Shown: positions 42,460 to 51,536 of the stretch, piece after piece | Numbering within the stretch: position 1 is the first letter of the stretch | Layout of the letters: each line of letters starts with the position of its first letter | Origin: an uncultured Actinomycetota bacterium | GTDB taxonomy: Bacteria > Actinomycetota > Actinomycetes > Propionibacteriales > Nocardioidaceae | Assembly (NCBI GenBank): GCA_963801045.1 | Contig: CAWDDC010000005.1 | Span: 165,568 to 229,567, forward strand | Length of the DNA: 64,000 nt | Direction of reading: 5' to 3' | Program-made: the position numbers and the translations under genes | Notes under the pieces: model-generated | Seen by the model: the letters and a program-made list of their open reading frames with translations, nothing else | The model's database searches: none | Told to the model about the DNA's origin: nothing

Positions 42460-44576
42460 TCAGCCGGCCTCGATCGCCGCCGCCACCCGCTCGGCGGTGA
42501 GCGGCAGGTCGCGTACGCGCACCCCGATCGCGTCGGCCAGCGCGTTGCCGATCGCCGCCGCGACCGGGCCCGCCGCCGCCTCGCCGGAGCCAAGGCTGGG
42601 CTGGTCCGGTCGGTCGAGCACGTGCACCTCGACCCGGGGCACCTGGCTGAACCGCAGGATCGGGTACGCCTCCCAGTCGGTGCTCTCGACCCCGCCGGCG
42701 CCGAGCCGTACCTGCTCGAGCACCGTCCAGCTGGTCGACTGGATCGCGCCGCCCTCCAGCTGGTTGACCACGCCGTCGAGGCTCACCACCCGGCCCACGT
42801 CGACGGCGACGGTCAGCCGCCGGACCGCGACCCGGTCGACCGCCTCCACCTCGGCGACCACCGCGCAGTAGGCACCGCGGTTCTTGTAACGGGCGTAGGC
42901 GATCCCGCGGCCGACGTCGTCCGGACGCGGCTCGTGCAGACCGCCCCGCTCGGCGGCGGTGCGCAGCACGTCGGCGGCGCGCTCGTCGCGCAGGTGCGCG
43001 AGCCGCAGCCGCACCGGGTCGGCCCCGGTCTGCTGCGCCAGCTCGTCGAGGAACGACTCGATCGCGAACACGTTGAGGTGCGCGCCGAGCGAGCGCAGCG
43101 CCGAGGTACGCACCGGCATCGTCAACGAGCGGTGCGCCACGACCTCGAGCCGGCCGAGGTCGTAGCCCGGCTCCGCGTTGCGCGCCGACCCGTGCCCCGC
43201 GTGCGCCGGATGGGTCGACCGACGGCGGCGCGTCGGCGTCGCGGCGGTGGGTGTGCCCGAGCAGGCCGGGCTCCCCGCCGTAACCGGGTCGTGCGGTGTG
43301 CCCGTTGCTCCACAGCTGGTGCGACCAGTCGGTCACCCGGCCGTCCGGCCCGACGGTGGCGGCCAGGTCGACGGCCATCGCCGACCCGAACGGCGACCAG
43401 CCCAGCTCGTCGGCCCGACTCCACTGCACGCGTACCGGGCCGGCCGGGCAGGTGCCGGGCCAGCAGCACCGCGTCGAACGCGACGTCGTCGGCGCCGTTG
43501 TGGCCGTAGCAGCCGGCGCCCTCGACGTGCTGGACGCGTACCCGCTCGAGGGTCGAGGTCGAGCGCTGCGGCGATCGCGGCCCGCTGCGGGTGCACCCCC
43601 TGGCTGTGCGTCCACACCTGCACGGCAGCCGTCGTCCCACCGGGCGATGCCGCAGCCGGGGGCGATCGAGGCGTGGGCCAGCGGGGGCCGGGTGTACGAC
43701 GCGCGCAGGGTGGTGGCGACCGGCGGCGGGTCGGACCGCTCGACCACCGTGGTCTCGACCGGCTGCTCCCGCAGCCAGGCGGGTACGTCGACCGGCAGCT
43801 CGATGCCGCCGGACCACACCGCTGCGCCGGCCAGCGCGGCGGCCGCCACCTCGACCTGGTCCTCGGCGTCGGCGAGCACGCCGACGAACGAGCCCTCGCG
43901 CACCACCGCGAGCACGCCGGGCAGCGCCTCGACAGCGCCCGGGTCGAGCGACGCCAGCCGGGCGCCCGGTCGCGGCGGCCGCACCACCCGGCCGTGCGCC
44001 ATGCCGTCCATCCGCAGGTCGTGCAGGAAGCGCGGACGGCCGAGCAGCGTGTCCGCGAGGTCCAGCCGGTCGACGTCGGGGCCGTCGCGGCGGACCACCG
44101 TGGCGGCCGGCAGCGGCTCGCCGGTCGCTTCGACGTCGAGCCCGCCGGCGCGCGCGGCCTCCCAGAGATCGGCGACCGCGTCGTCGCCGCGCAGGAAGCA
44201 CCCGTCGTCGAGGACGAGGTCGGCGGGCGCACAGCCCGCGTCGGTGGCGACCCGCTCGGACAGCAGCCCGAGCAGCACCCGGCAGACGTGCCGCAGGCCG
44301 GCACCCGACTGGGTGATGGACAGGCTGCCGGCGGTGAAACCCTCGTTCGGCCCGGTGTCGGTTGCGGCCGCGGCGACCCGTACCCGCGTGGGGGCGACCC
44401 CGAGCTCGTCGACGACGATCTGCGCGAGCGCGGTGAGGATCCCCTGTCCCAGCTCGACCTTGCCGGTGCGGACGAGCACCTGGCCGGGCTCGTCCAGGTC
44501 GAGCCAGGTGCTCAGCAGCGGGTTGGCGAGCAGGCTGGGCGGCAGCTCCGTCGGCAGCTCCGTCGGCAGCGGTCAC
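42460..44576 (-). CDS. molybdopterin-dependent hydroxylase large subunit (IorB / aldehyde oxidase-xanthine dehydrogenase family); 5 or more frame switches
   Basis: Segments: LVRTGKVELGQGILTALAQIVVDELGV..., VQVWTHSQGVHP...RVRVQHVEGAGCYGHNGADDVAFDAVLLA...VRVQWSRADELGW, and the C-terminal ORF 42460..43140 (MPVRTSALRSLGAHLNVFAIESFLDE...GSGEAAAGPVAAAIGNA). The GTG overlaps the small-subunit stop. Confidence 0.75.
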
Positions 44577-45028
44577 GTCGTCACCGACAGCACCGCGCGG
44601 ACGATCCGCTCGTGGGTGCCGCACCGGCACAGGTGCCGGTCGAGCGCCTCGACCACCTCGTCGCGGGTGGGGGTCGGGTTGTCGCGCAGCAACGCCGCGG
44701 CACTCATCAGGATGCCGGGGATGCAGTAGCCGCACTGCGCGGCCTGCTCCCGCAGGAACGCCGCCTGCAGCGGGCCGGGCTCGCCGTCGTCGGCGAGGTC
44801 CTCGACGGTGCGTACCGGCCGCTCGCCGACGTAGTCGACCGGCTGGTCGCACGAGGGTGTCGGGTGTCCGTCGAGCCAGACCGTGCAGGCTCCGCACAGC
44901 CCCTGCCCGCAGCCGAACTTCGCGCCGGTCAGGCCCAGCGCGTTGCGCAGCACCAGCAGCAGCGGCGTCCCGGGCTCGGCGGCGACCTGCTCGGACCGGC
45001 CGTTGACGTCCAGCCGGTACGTGCCCAC
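44573..45028 (-). CDS. (2Fe-2S)-binding small subunit of a molybdo-hydroxylase (IorA/CoxS-like)
   Basis: Intact 151 aa with two cluster motifs: CGQGLCGACTV and CGYCIPG...CRCGT. Confidence 0.9.
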   Translation of the reverse strand: MGTYRLDVNGRSEQVAAEPGTPLLLVLRNALGLTGAKFGCGQGLCGACTVWLDGHPTPSCDQPVDYVGERPVRTVEDLADDGEPGPLQAAFLREQAAQCGYCIPGILMSAAALLRDNPTPTRDEVVEALDRHLCRCGTHERIVRAVLSVTT

Positions 45029-45054
45029 GCCTCAGCCTCCCGCGCCGGTCGCGC

Positions 45055-45068
45055 TGCAAACGATTGTA
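45055..45068. promoter_or_regulatory. LacI/GalR-type operator O4: TGCAAACGATTGTA
   Basis: Lies 27 nt upstream of the IorA-like GTG (45028). On the coding strand it reads TACAATCGTTTGCA, so its left half doubles as a TACAAT -10-like hexamer. Confidence 0.55.
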
Positions 45069-45097
45069 CCGGCGCGCCGGCTGCCGCGGGGACGGGT

Positions 45098-45153
45098 GTG
45101 GTGGCGGCAACCGTGCTCCGCTGCCCGGCGTGGCGCCGGCGTGTTGCCTGCCC
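45098..45153. repeat. REP-like palindromic intergenic element, copy C (inverted relative to copy B)
   Basis: The reverse complement GGCAGGCAACACGCCGGCGCCACGCCGG...GGTTGCCGCCACCAC matches copy B at 24 of 25 positions over GGCAACACGCCGGCG(A/C)CACGCCGG. Confidence 0.55.
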
Positions 45154-45245
45154 GACGCGGATGCCAGGGGGCCGAAAACTGGTCGCCAGAGCGAGGGCGG
45201 GGTCCGTACGGTGCCGGCGCATGGCGCTGTTCGTGATGGTGCGTC

Positions 45246-45773
45246 GTGTCCGCCGGTTCCGGGCCGGGGCGGCGGGCCTGGGGGTGGCACCGGCTCGAGC
45301 CTGAGTGGGCCGAGCGGGTCGTCGCCACCTCCGGGGTACGCCCCGGCGAGCTGGTGCTCGACCTCGGCGCCGGCACCGGCGCGCTGGCCGCACCACTGCT
45401 CGCCGCCGGCGCCCGGGTGGTGGCCGTCGAGCTGCACCCGCGCCGGGCCGAGCGGCTGCGCAAGCGGTTCGCCGGCACCGGCGCTGCGGGTGGTCGAGGG
45501 CGACCTGCTCGACGGTGCCGCTGCCGGGACGTCCGTTCCGGGTCGTCGCCGCTCCGCCGTACGGGCTGTCGACGCCGCTGCTGCGACGGCTGACCGCACG
45601 CGGCAGCCGTCTGGTCGCGGCCGACCTGGTGCTGCAGCGCGCCGTCGTGAACCGGTGGGCCGAGCCGGCGCGCGGCCGGTGGCAGCGGTGAGCGCGGCAT
45701 CGGGGTGCCGCGGCGGGCGTTCTCGCCGCCGCCGCAGGTGGACTCCCGGGTGCTGCAGCTGCGGCGCCGCTGA
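45246..45773 (+). CDS. short Erm(37)-like rRNA adenine N6-methyltransferase family protein; 3 or more frame switches
   Basis: RRAWGWHRLEPEWAERVV, SAM motif LVLDLGAGTGALAAPLL, VVAVELHP, FRVVAAPPYGLSTPLLRRL and VPRRAFSPPPQVDSRVLQLRRR, spread over three frames. Confidence 0.6.
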
Positions 45774-45785
45774 CGTGCGGGTGCG

Positions 45786-46605
45786 CTAGAGCCGCTCGCG
45801 CAGCCAGGCGATGTCGGCGCCCTGTCCGTCGGCGCCGCCCGGCGTCTCCACGACGACCGGCGCACCGGCGGCGCGCACGGCGGCGATCATCTCCTCGGGG
45901 TCGATGCTGCCGTTGCCGAGGTTGGTGTGCCGGTCGGCGCCGGAGTCGAACGCGTCGCGGCTGTCGTTGGCGTGCACCAGGTCGATCCGGCCGGTGATCG
46001 CACGGACCTGCTCGACCACGTCGGCCAGCGGGATGCCGCCGGCGTGGGCGTGGCAGACGTCGAGGCAGAAGCCGACCGAGCCGGCGCCCACCGGGTCGCC
46101 CTCGGCGTCGGCGACGGCCGCCCACAGCCGCTCGATCCGCTCGAGCCGGCGGGCCATCGCGTTGTCGCCGCCCGCGGTGTTCTCGATCAGCACGCGGCAC
46201 CTTGAGGTCGGTGCGCTCGACGCACTTGCGCCAGTTGTCGAAGCCCGTCTCGGGGTCGTCGTCCTTGAGCACGTGGCCGCCGTGCACGATCAGCCCGCGC
46301 GCCCCCACCTCGGCGGCGAGATCCACCTGCTGCTGCAGCAGCTTGCGGCTCGGGATGCGGATCCGGTTGTTGGTGGTGGCGACGTTGAGCACGTACGGCG
46401 CGTGCACGTAGAGCGCCACGTCGGCGGCCTCGGCCGCCGCGCGCAGCGCCTCGGCCCCGCCCTCGTAGGCGACCGTCGGCTTCTTCCACCCCTGCGGGTC
46501 GCCGAGGAAGTGCTGCGCCAGGTCGGCGTCGCGCGCGGTCGCCTCGGCGATCGGGTCGGCCTGGTCGACGTGGGCGCCGATGCGCAGGTCGCCGTTGCTG
46601 CTCAT
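45786..46605 (-). CDS. nfo: deoxyribonuclease IV (endonuclease IV); one frame switch near 46200
   Basis: N-terminus [22 protein letters not shown]...[27 protein letters not shown]...GLIVHGGH. The C-terminal ORF is 45786..46193 (LIENTAGG...[13 protein letters not shown]...DLVHANDS...[11 protein letters not shown]). Confidence 0.85.
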
Positions 46606-46729
46606 GGGCGCCACCCTAGGACCGGGCGTGGACAACGGGTGAAATACGGTGGACCCGGTGCCGGGTGCGCCCACTAGCGTGTGCGCGCAGGGACGGCGTC
46701 AGCGGCGGTGCCGTCGGGGAGGGCACACC

Positions 46730-47525
46730 ATGGCACACGTCGACACGTCGGCGCCGGCGCACGACACCGAGGTCGCGGCCCGGGCGGTCGGGCTCACCAA
46801 GGTCTACGGCACGCGGCGAGGCCGAGGTGCACGCCCTCGACGGCGTGTCCGTCGAGTTCCGGCGCGGCGAGTTCACCGCGGTGATGGGACCCTCGGGCTC
46901 GGGCAAGTCCACCCTGATGCACTGCCTCGCCGCGCTCGACGTGGTGACGGCCGGCGAGGTCGTCATCGGCGACACCGCGCTCGCCAGCCTCAACGACAAG
47001 GCGCTCACCCGGCTGCGCCGCGACCGGGTCGGTTTCGTCTTCCAGGCCTTCAACCTGGTGCCGACGCTGACCGCCCGCGAGAACATCCTGCTGCCGTTGG
47101 CGATCGCCGGCAGCGAGCCCGAGCAGCAGTGGTACGACACCGTCATCGAGGCGGTCGGCCTCTCCGACCGGCTCGACCACAAGCCGGCCGAGCTGTCCGG
47201 CGGGCAGCAGCAGCGGGTGGCGTGCGCCCGGGCGCTGGTGAGCCGGCCGGCGATCGTGTTCGCCGACGAGCCGACCGGCAACCTCGACTCGGTCTCCAGC
47301 GCCGAGGTGCTGGGCTTCCTGCGCCGCACCGTCGACGAGTTCGACCAGACCGTCGTGATGGTGACGCACGACCCGCTCGCGGCCGCCTACACCGACCGGG
47401 TGGTGTTCCTCGCCGACGGCAAGGTGGTCGACGAGCTGGCGCGGCCGACGGCCGACAGCGTGCTCGAGAAGATGGCCTCCATCCAGGCCGAGGCGATGGC
47501 TGCGGCCGACGCCGAGACGAACTGA
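46730..47525 (+). CDS. ABC transporter ATP-binding protein (MacB/LolD-like); one frame switch near 46815
   Basis: MAHVDTSAPAHDTEVAARAVGLTKVYG, then ORF 46665..47525: GPSGSGKSTLMHC, LSGGQQQRVACARAL and VFADEPTGNLD. Confidence 0.85.
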
Positions 47526-47532
47526 CGCCGCC

Positions 47533-50077
47533 GTGCTCCGGGTCACCTGGCGCAACCTGCTTGCGCGCAAGCTCCGGCTGCTGCTGTCGGCGTTCGCGAT
47601 CGTCCTGGGCGTGGCCTTCGTGGCCGGGTCCCTGGTCTTCACCGACACCATCGACCGGGCCTTCGACGACATCGTCGGCGGCTCGGTGTCCGACGCCACG
47701 GTGCGGTTCAAGGGCGCCGTACCCGACGACACCGGCGCCGTGCAGCCCGACACCCGTTCCATCCCGGCCTCGCTCGTCGACACCCTCGCCGACCAGCCGG
47801 GCGTCGCCCGCGCCGACGGCACCGTCGAGGGACTCGGCCTGTTCGTCGTCGGCGACGACGGCAAGCTGGTCGGCGGGCAGGGTGCGCCGACGCTGTCGTT
47901 CAACTACAACGACGCCCCCTCCATCACCGGTGAGCCGGCGGTCACGATCGCCGAGGGCGAGGAGCCCGGCCCCGGCGAGGTGGCCCTCGACGAACGCACC
48001 GCGGACAACGCCGGCTACGAGGTCGGCGACACCGTACGGATGATCACGGCCGGGGACACGCCCGAGCTCGAGGCCGAGCTGGTCGGCATCGCCGAGTTCG
48101 GGGGCGGCGGACTCGCCGGCGCCTCGCTGGTGCTGTTCGACACCGAGACCGCCCAGCAGATCTTCCTCGGCGGCAAGAACACGTACGACAGCATCGGGCT
48201 CACCGCCGAGCCGGGCGTCTCCCAGGAGGAGCTCGCCGCGTCGGCCGAGGAGGTGCTCCCCGACGACCTGGAGGCGGCCACCGGCGACGAGGTGGCCGGG
48301 GAGACCGAGGACGTGGTCGGCTCGGTGCTCGACTTCCTCAACATCTTCCTGCTGATCTTCGCTGCGGTCGCCCTGGTGGTCGGCACCTTCCTGATCATCA
48401 ACACCTTCTCGATCCTGGTCGCGCAGCGCAGCCGCGAGCTCGCGCTGCTGCGTGCGCTCGGGGCCAACCGGCGCCAGGTCACGCGGTCGGTGCTGCTCGA
48501 GGCGCTGGTGGTGGGCTTCGTCGGGTCCACGCTCGGCCTCGGACTCGGGTTCCTGCTCGCGATCGGGCTGCGCACCCTGTTCGGGTTCTTCGGGCTCGAC
48601 CTGTCGGGCACCCCGCTGGTGTTCGCGTGGTCGACGGCCGTGGCCGGCTACGCCGTCGGCATCCTCGTGACGCTGGTGGCGGCCTACCTCCCGGCCCGGC
48701 GCGCGAGCAAGATCGCGCCGGTCGCGGCGATGCGCGACGACGTCGCCCTGCCGGAGTCGTCGCTGCGCCGCCGGGTGCTGGTCGGCATCGGGTTGGCCGT
48801 GGTCGGCGCGGCGCTGATGGCGATCGGCTTGGCAGGCGAGGGCGGCACCGGTGCCTCGCTGGTCGGGTTCGGCGCGTTCGCGGTGCTGATCGCCGTGGCG
48901 GTGATGAGCCCGGTGCTCGGCCGGCCGGTGCTGCGGTTGCTGGGCGCCGGCTACCAGCGGGTCTTCGGCGCCGTCGGGCGGCTCGCCCGCGAGAACTCCC
49001 TGCGCAACCCGCGGCGCACCGCCGCCACCGCGTCGGCGCTGATGATCGGGCTCGCCCTGGTGACGACGATGTCGGTGCTGGGCGCCTCCATCAACAAGTC
49101 GATCGAGGTGGCCGTCAGCAAGGAGTTCACCACCGACTTCCTGGTGTCGAGCCCGACGTTCACGCCGTTCTCCACGACGATCGCCGACCGCATCCGCGAC
49201 CTCGACGGCGTCGGCGAGGTCGTCCAGCAGCAGGCCGTCTCGGCCGACGTCGAGGGCGACAACTTCTTCATCACGGCGGCCGACAGCGCCGAGGTGACCG
49301 ACGTCTACGACCTGACGATGGTCGACGGCACCATGGACGCGGGCGACGGCCAGATCGCGCTGTCCGACGACGTCGCCGACGCGGTGTCGGCCGACGTCGG
49401 TGACACGGTGACGCTGTCCTTCCCCGCGGGTGACCAGGACGCCGAGGTGGTGGGCGTCTACGAGCAGTCCAACGTGGTCTCCAACGCGCTGGTGCCGTTC
49501 TCCACGCTGGCGCAGGCCGACATCCCGCGCCAGGACGCGACGGTGAGCGTCAACGCGGCGGAGGGGACCTCGCCCTCCGAGCTGGGCGCGGAGCTCGACG
49601 ACCTGGTGGCCGACCTGCCCACGCTGACCGTGCAGGACCAGGAGGAGTTCACCGACTCCATCCGCGCGCAGGTCAACACCCTGCTCTACCTGATCTACGC
49701 GCTGCTCGGGCTGGCGATCATCATCGCGGTCCTCGGCATCGTCAACACGCTGGCGCTCAGCGTCATCGAGCGCACCCGCGAGGTCGGCCTGCTGCGCGCG
49801 GTCGGCATGAGTCGCCGCCAGCTGCGCCGGATGGTGCGGCTGGAGGCGGTGGCGATCGCGGTGCTCGGCGCCGTGCTGGGCGTCGCCATGGGGCTGCTGT
49901 TCGGCGTGGTGCTGCAGCGCGCCGTTGCCGACCAGGGCATCACCGACCTGGCGGTGCCCGGTCGTGCAGCTGGTGGTGTTCGTGCTGGTCGCCGCGGTGG
50001 TGGGGGTGCTCGCCGCCGTGCTGCCGGCGAGGCGCGCCGCGAAGCTGGACGTGCTGCGCGCCATCACCACGGAGTAG
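47533..50077 (+). CDS. ABC transporter permease with two FtsX domains (MacB-like); one frame switch near 49958
   Basis: ORF 47533..50325 holds two permease modules, each with a large extracytoplasmic loop. The true C-terminus (VVQLVVFVLVAAVVGVLAAVLPARRAAKLDVLRAITTE, TAG at 50075) is in another frame. Confidence 0.85.
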
Positions 50078-50160
50078 GCGCAGCGACCGGCTCGTCCTGC
50101 CGAGACGCGGATCCGCACCTAGGATGGACGATTCGATCGAATCGACCGCGAGGAGGACAG

Positions 50161-50325
50161 ATGGGCATCATCAAGGGCGCGCTGAAGAGCGGGATCGCCG
50201 TCAAGGCCGCACAGGTCGCCAAGCGCGAGGCGAGCAAGCCGGAGAACCGCGCGAAGGCCAAGCAGGCCTACGCCCGCTTCGCCGAGAGCCGCAAGGCCCG
50301 GAAGCAGGGCGGATCCGGCACCTGA
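50161..50325 (+). CDS. small basic hypothetical protein (54 aa)
   Basis: AGGAGGA (50151-50157) is followed 3 nt later by the ATG. Product: MGIIKGALKSGIAVKAAQVAKREASKPENRAKAKQAYARFAESRKARKQGGSGT. No family recognised. Confidence 0.5.
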   Translation: MGIIKGALKSGIAVKAAQVAKREASKPENRAKAKQAYARFAESRKARKQGGSGT

Positions 50326-50375
50326 TCCGGCACCCGACCAGCACCTGTTCCCGCACCCGACCAGCACCCGACCAG
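50320..50375. repeat. imperfect tandem/dispersed 11-mer repeat GCACCCGACCA
   Basis: Exact copies at 50320-50330, 50343-50353 and 50354-50364, then a degenerate copy GTACCGACCGG. It starts at the 3' end of the small ORF. Confidence 0.6.
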
Positions 50376-50582
50376 TACCGACCGGCACCGCCGACGACCC
50401 TGTGGACGCCGGTTTTCGCGTCCGCCGCCCGCTCGGCTAGACTGCGTCGTCGGTCTGGTTCTGCCAGACCAGTCGGCCCCGTCTCCCACGCCTGTCCTGG
50501 CGTCTCGACGCGGCCTGCATGCACCAGCCCTCCTGTCACGGAGAGACCGTGACCGCGTAGACCGTGGGAGGTGGAGACTGCT

Positions 50583-50873
50583 GTGCGTCGTTATGAACTG
50601 ATGGTCATCCTCGATCCTGATCTCGAGGAGCGCACCGTCGCCCCGTCGCTGGACCGCTATCTCGGCCTGATCCGTCAGGACGGTGGCACCGTCGACAGCG
50701 TCGACGTGTGGGGCCGGCGCCGGATGGCGTACGAGATCAAGAAGCGGGCCGAGGGCATCTACGCGGTGGTCGAGCTGACCGCGGAGCCCGCCACGGTCAA
50801 GGAGCTCGACCGCCAGCTCACGCTGAACGAGTCCGTGCTCCGCACCAAGGTCATCCGTCCCGACGCCCGCTGA
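50583..50873 (+). CDS. rpsF: 30S ribosomal protein S6
   Basis: [27 protein letters not shown]...[20 protein letters not shown] at 50583 is preferred over the ORF-track start 50571 (GGAGG upstream). Confidence 0.9.
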   Translation: MRRYELMVILDPDLEERTVAPSLDRYLGLIRQDGGTVDSVDVWGRRRMAYEIKKRAEGIYAVVELTAEPATVKELDRQLTLNESVLRTKVIRPDAR

Positions 50874-50906
50874 GCGTCGGACGACAGAAACAGAACCGGA
50901 GGCCCC

Positions 50907-51461
50907 ATGGCAGGCGAGACCGTCATCACCCTCGTCGGCAACCTCGTCGACGACCCCGAGCTGCGCTTCACCCCGTCCGGTGCGGCGGTCGCGAGCTTCC
51001 GGCTCGCGTCGACGCCGCGCACGTACGACCGCCAGTCGGGCGAGTGGAAGGACGGCGAGTCGCTGTTCCTCACCTGCTCGGTGTGGCGGCAGGCGGCCGA
51101 GAACGTCGCCGAGTCGCTGCAGAAGGGCATGCGCGTGCTCGTGCAGGGGCGGCTCAAGCAGCGCTCCTACGAGACCCGCGAGGGCGAGAAGCGCACCGTC
51201 TACGAGATCGACGTCGACGAGGTCGGTCCGAGCCTGCGCAGCGCCACCGCCAAGGTCACCAAGGTCCAGCGCTCCGGCGGCGGAGGTGGCGGCGGCTTCA
51301 GCGGCGGCCAGCAGTCCGGCGGGCAGGCCGCGGGCGGCAACGACCCGTGGGCAGCCGGCGGCGCAGCGGCCGGCGGGGCGCCGACCGGTGGAGCGGCACC
51401 GAGCAACGACCCCTGGGCCACCGGCGGCAGCTCGTCGTCGACCGACGACCCGCCGTTCTGA
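50907..51461 (+). CDS. ssb: single-stranded DNA-binding protein
   Basis: Intact 184 aa: [36 protein letters not shown], a Gly-rich tail and an acidic tip DDPPF. Confidence 0.95.
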   Translation: MAGETVITLVGNLVDDPELRFTPSGAAVASFRLASTPRTYDRQSGEWKDGESLFLTCSVWRQAAENVAESLQKGMRVLVQGRLKQRSYETREGEKRTVYEIDVDEVGPSLRSATAKVTKVQRSGGGGGGGFSGGQQSGGQAAGGNDPWAAGGAAAGGAPTGGAAPSNDPWATGGSSSSTDDPPF

Positions 51462-51536
51462 CCCCGGTTCTGACCTCACCACCGATCCCTTCCCGGACCA
51501 TCCCGGCGTGAGCCGGGCTCGACAAGGAGCACCACG

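Noticed and set aside
19199-45068. Island as prophage, ICE or transposon.
   Set aside because: I found no integrase, recombinase, transposase, conjugation, phage structural or tRNA gene, and no long direct or inverted terminal repeats. Only short REP-like palindromes are present.
47533-50325. 930-aa ORF fusing the FtsX permease to the small basic protein.
   Set aside because: A frame switch near 49958 restores a typical FtsX C-terminus ending at TAG 50075-50077. The small ORF has its own strong RBS and ATG at 50161.
50320-50375. Possible CRISPR or minisatellite array.
   Set aside because: There are only three exact 11-bp units, partly contiguous, with no spacers of regular length and no cas genes in the window. 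I treat it as a simple imperfect tandem repeat.
51502-51517. Hairpin CCCGGC-GTGA-GCCGGG between ssb and rpsR as a terminator or attenuator.
   Set aside because: The stem is only 6 bp, there is no U-tract, and it lies inside a conserved operon just before the rpsR RBS. The evidence for a functional element is insufficient.
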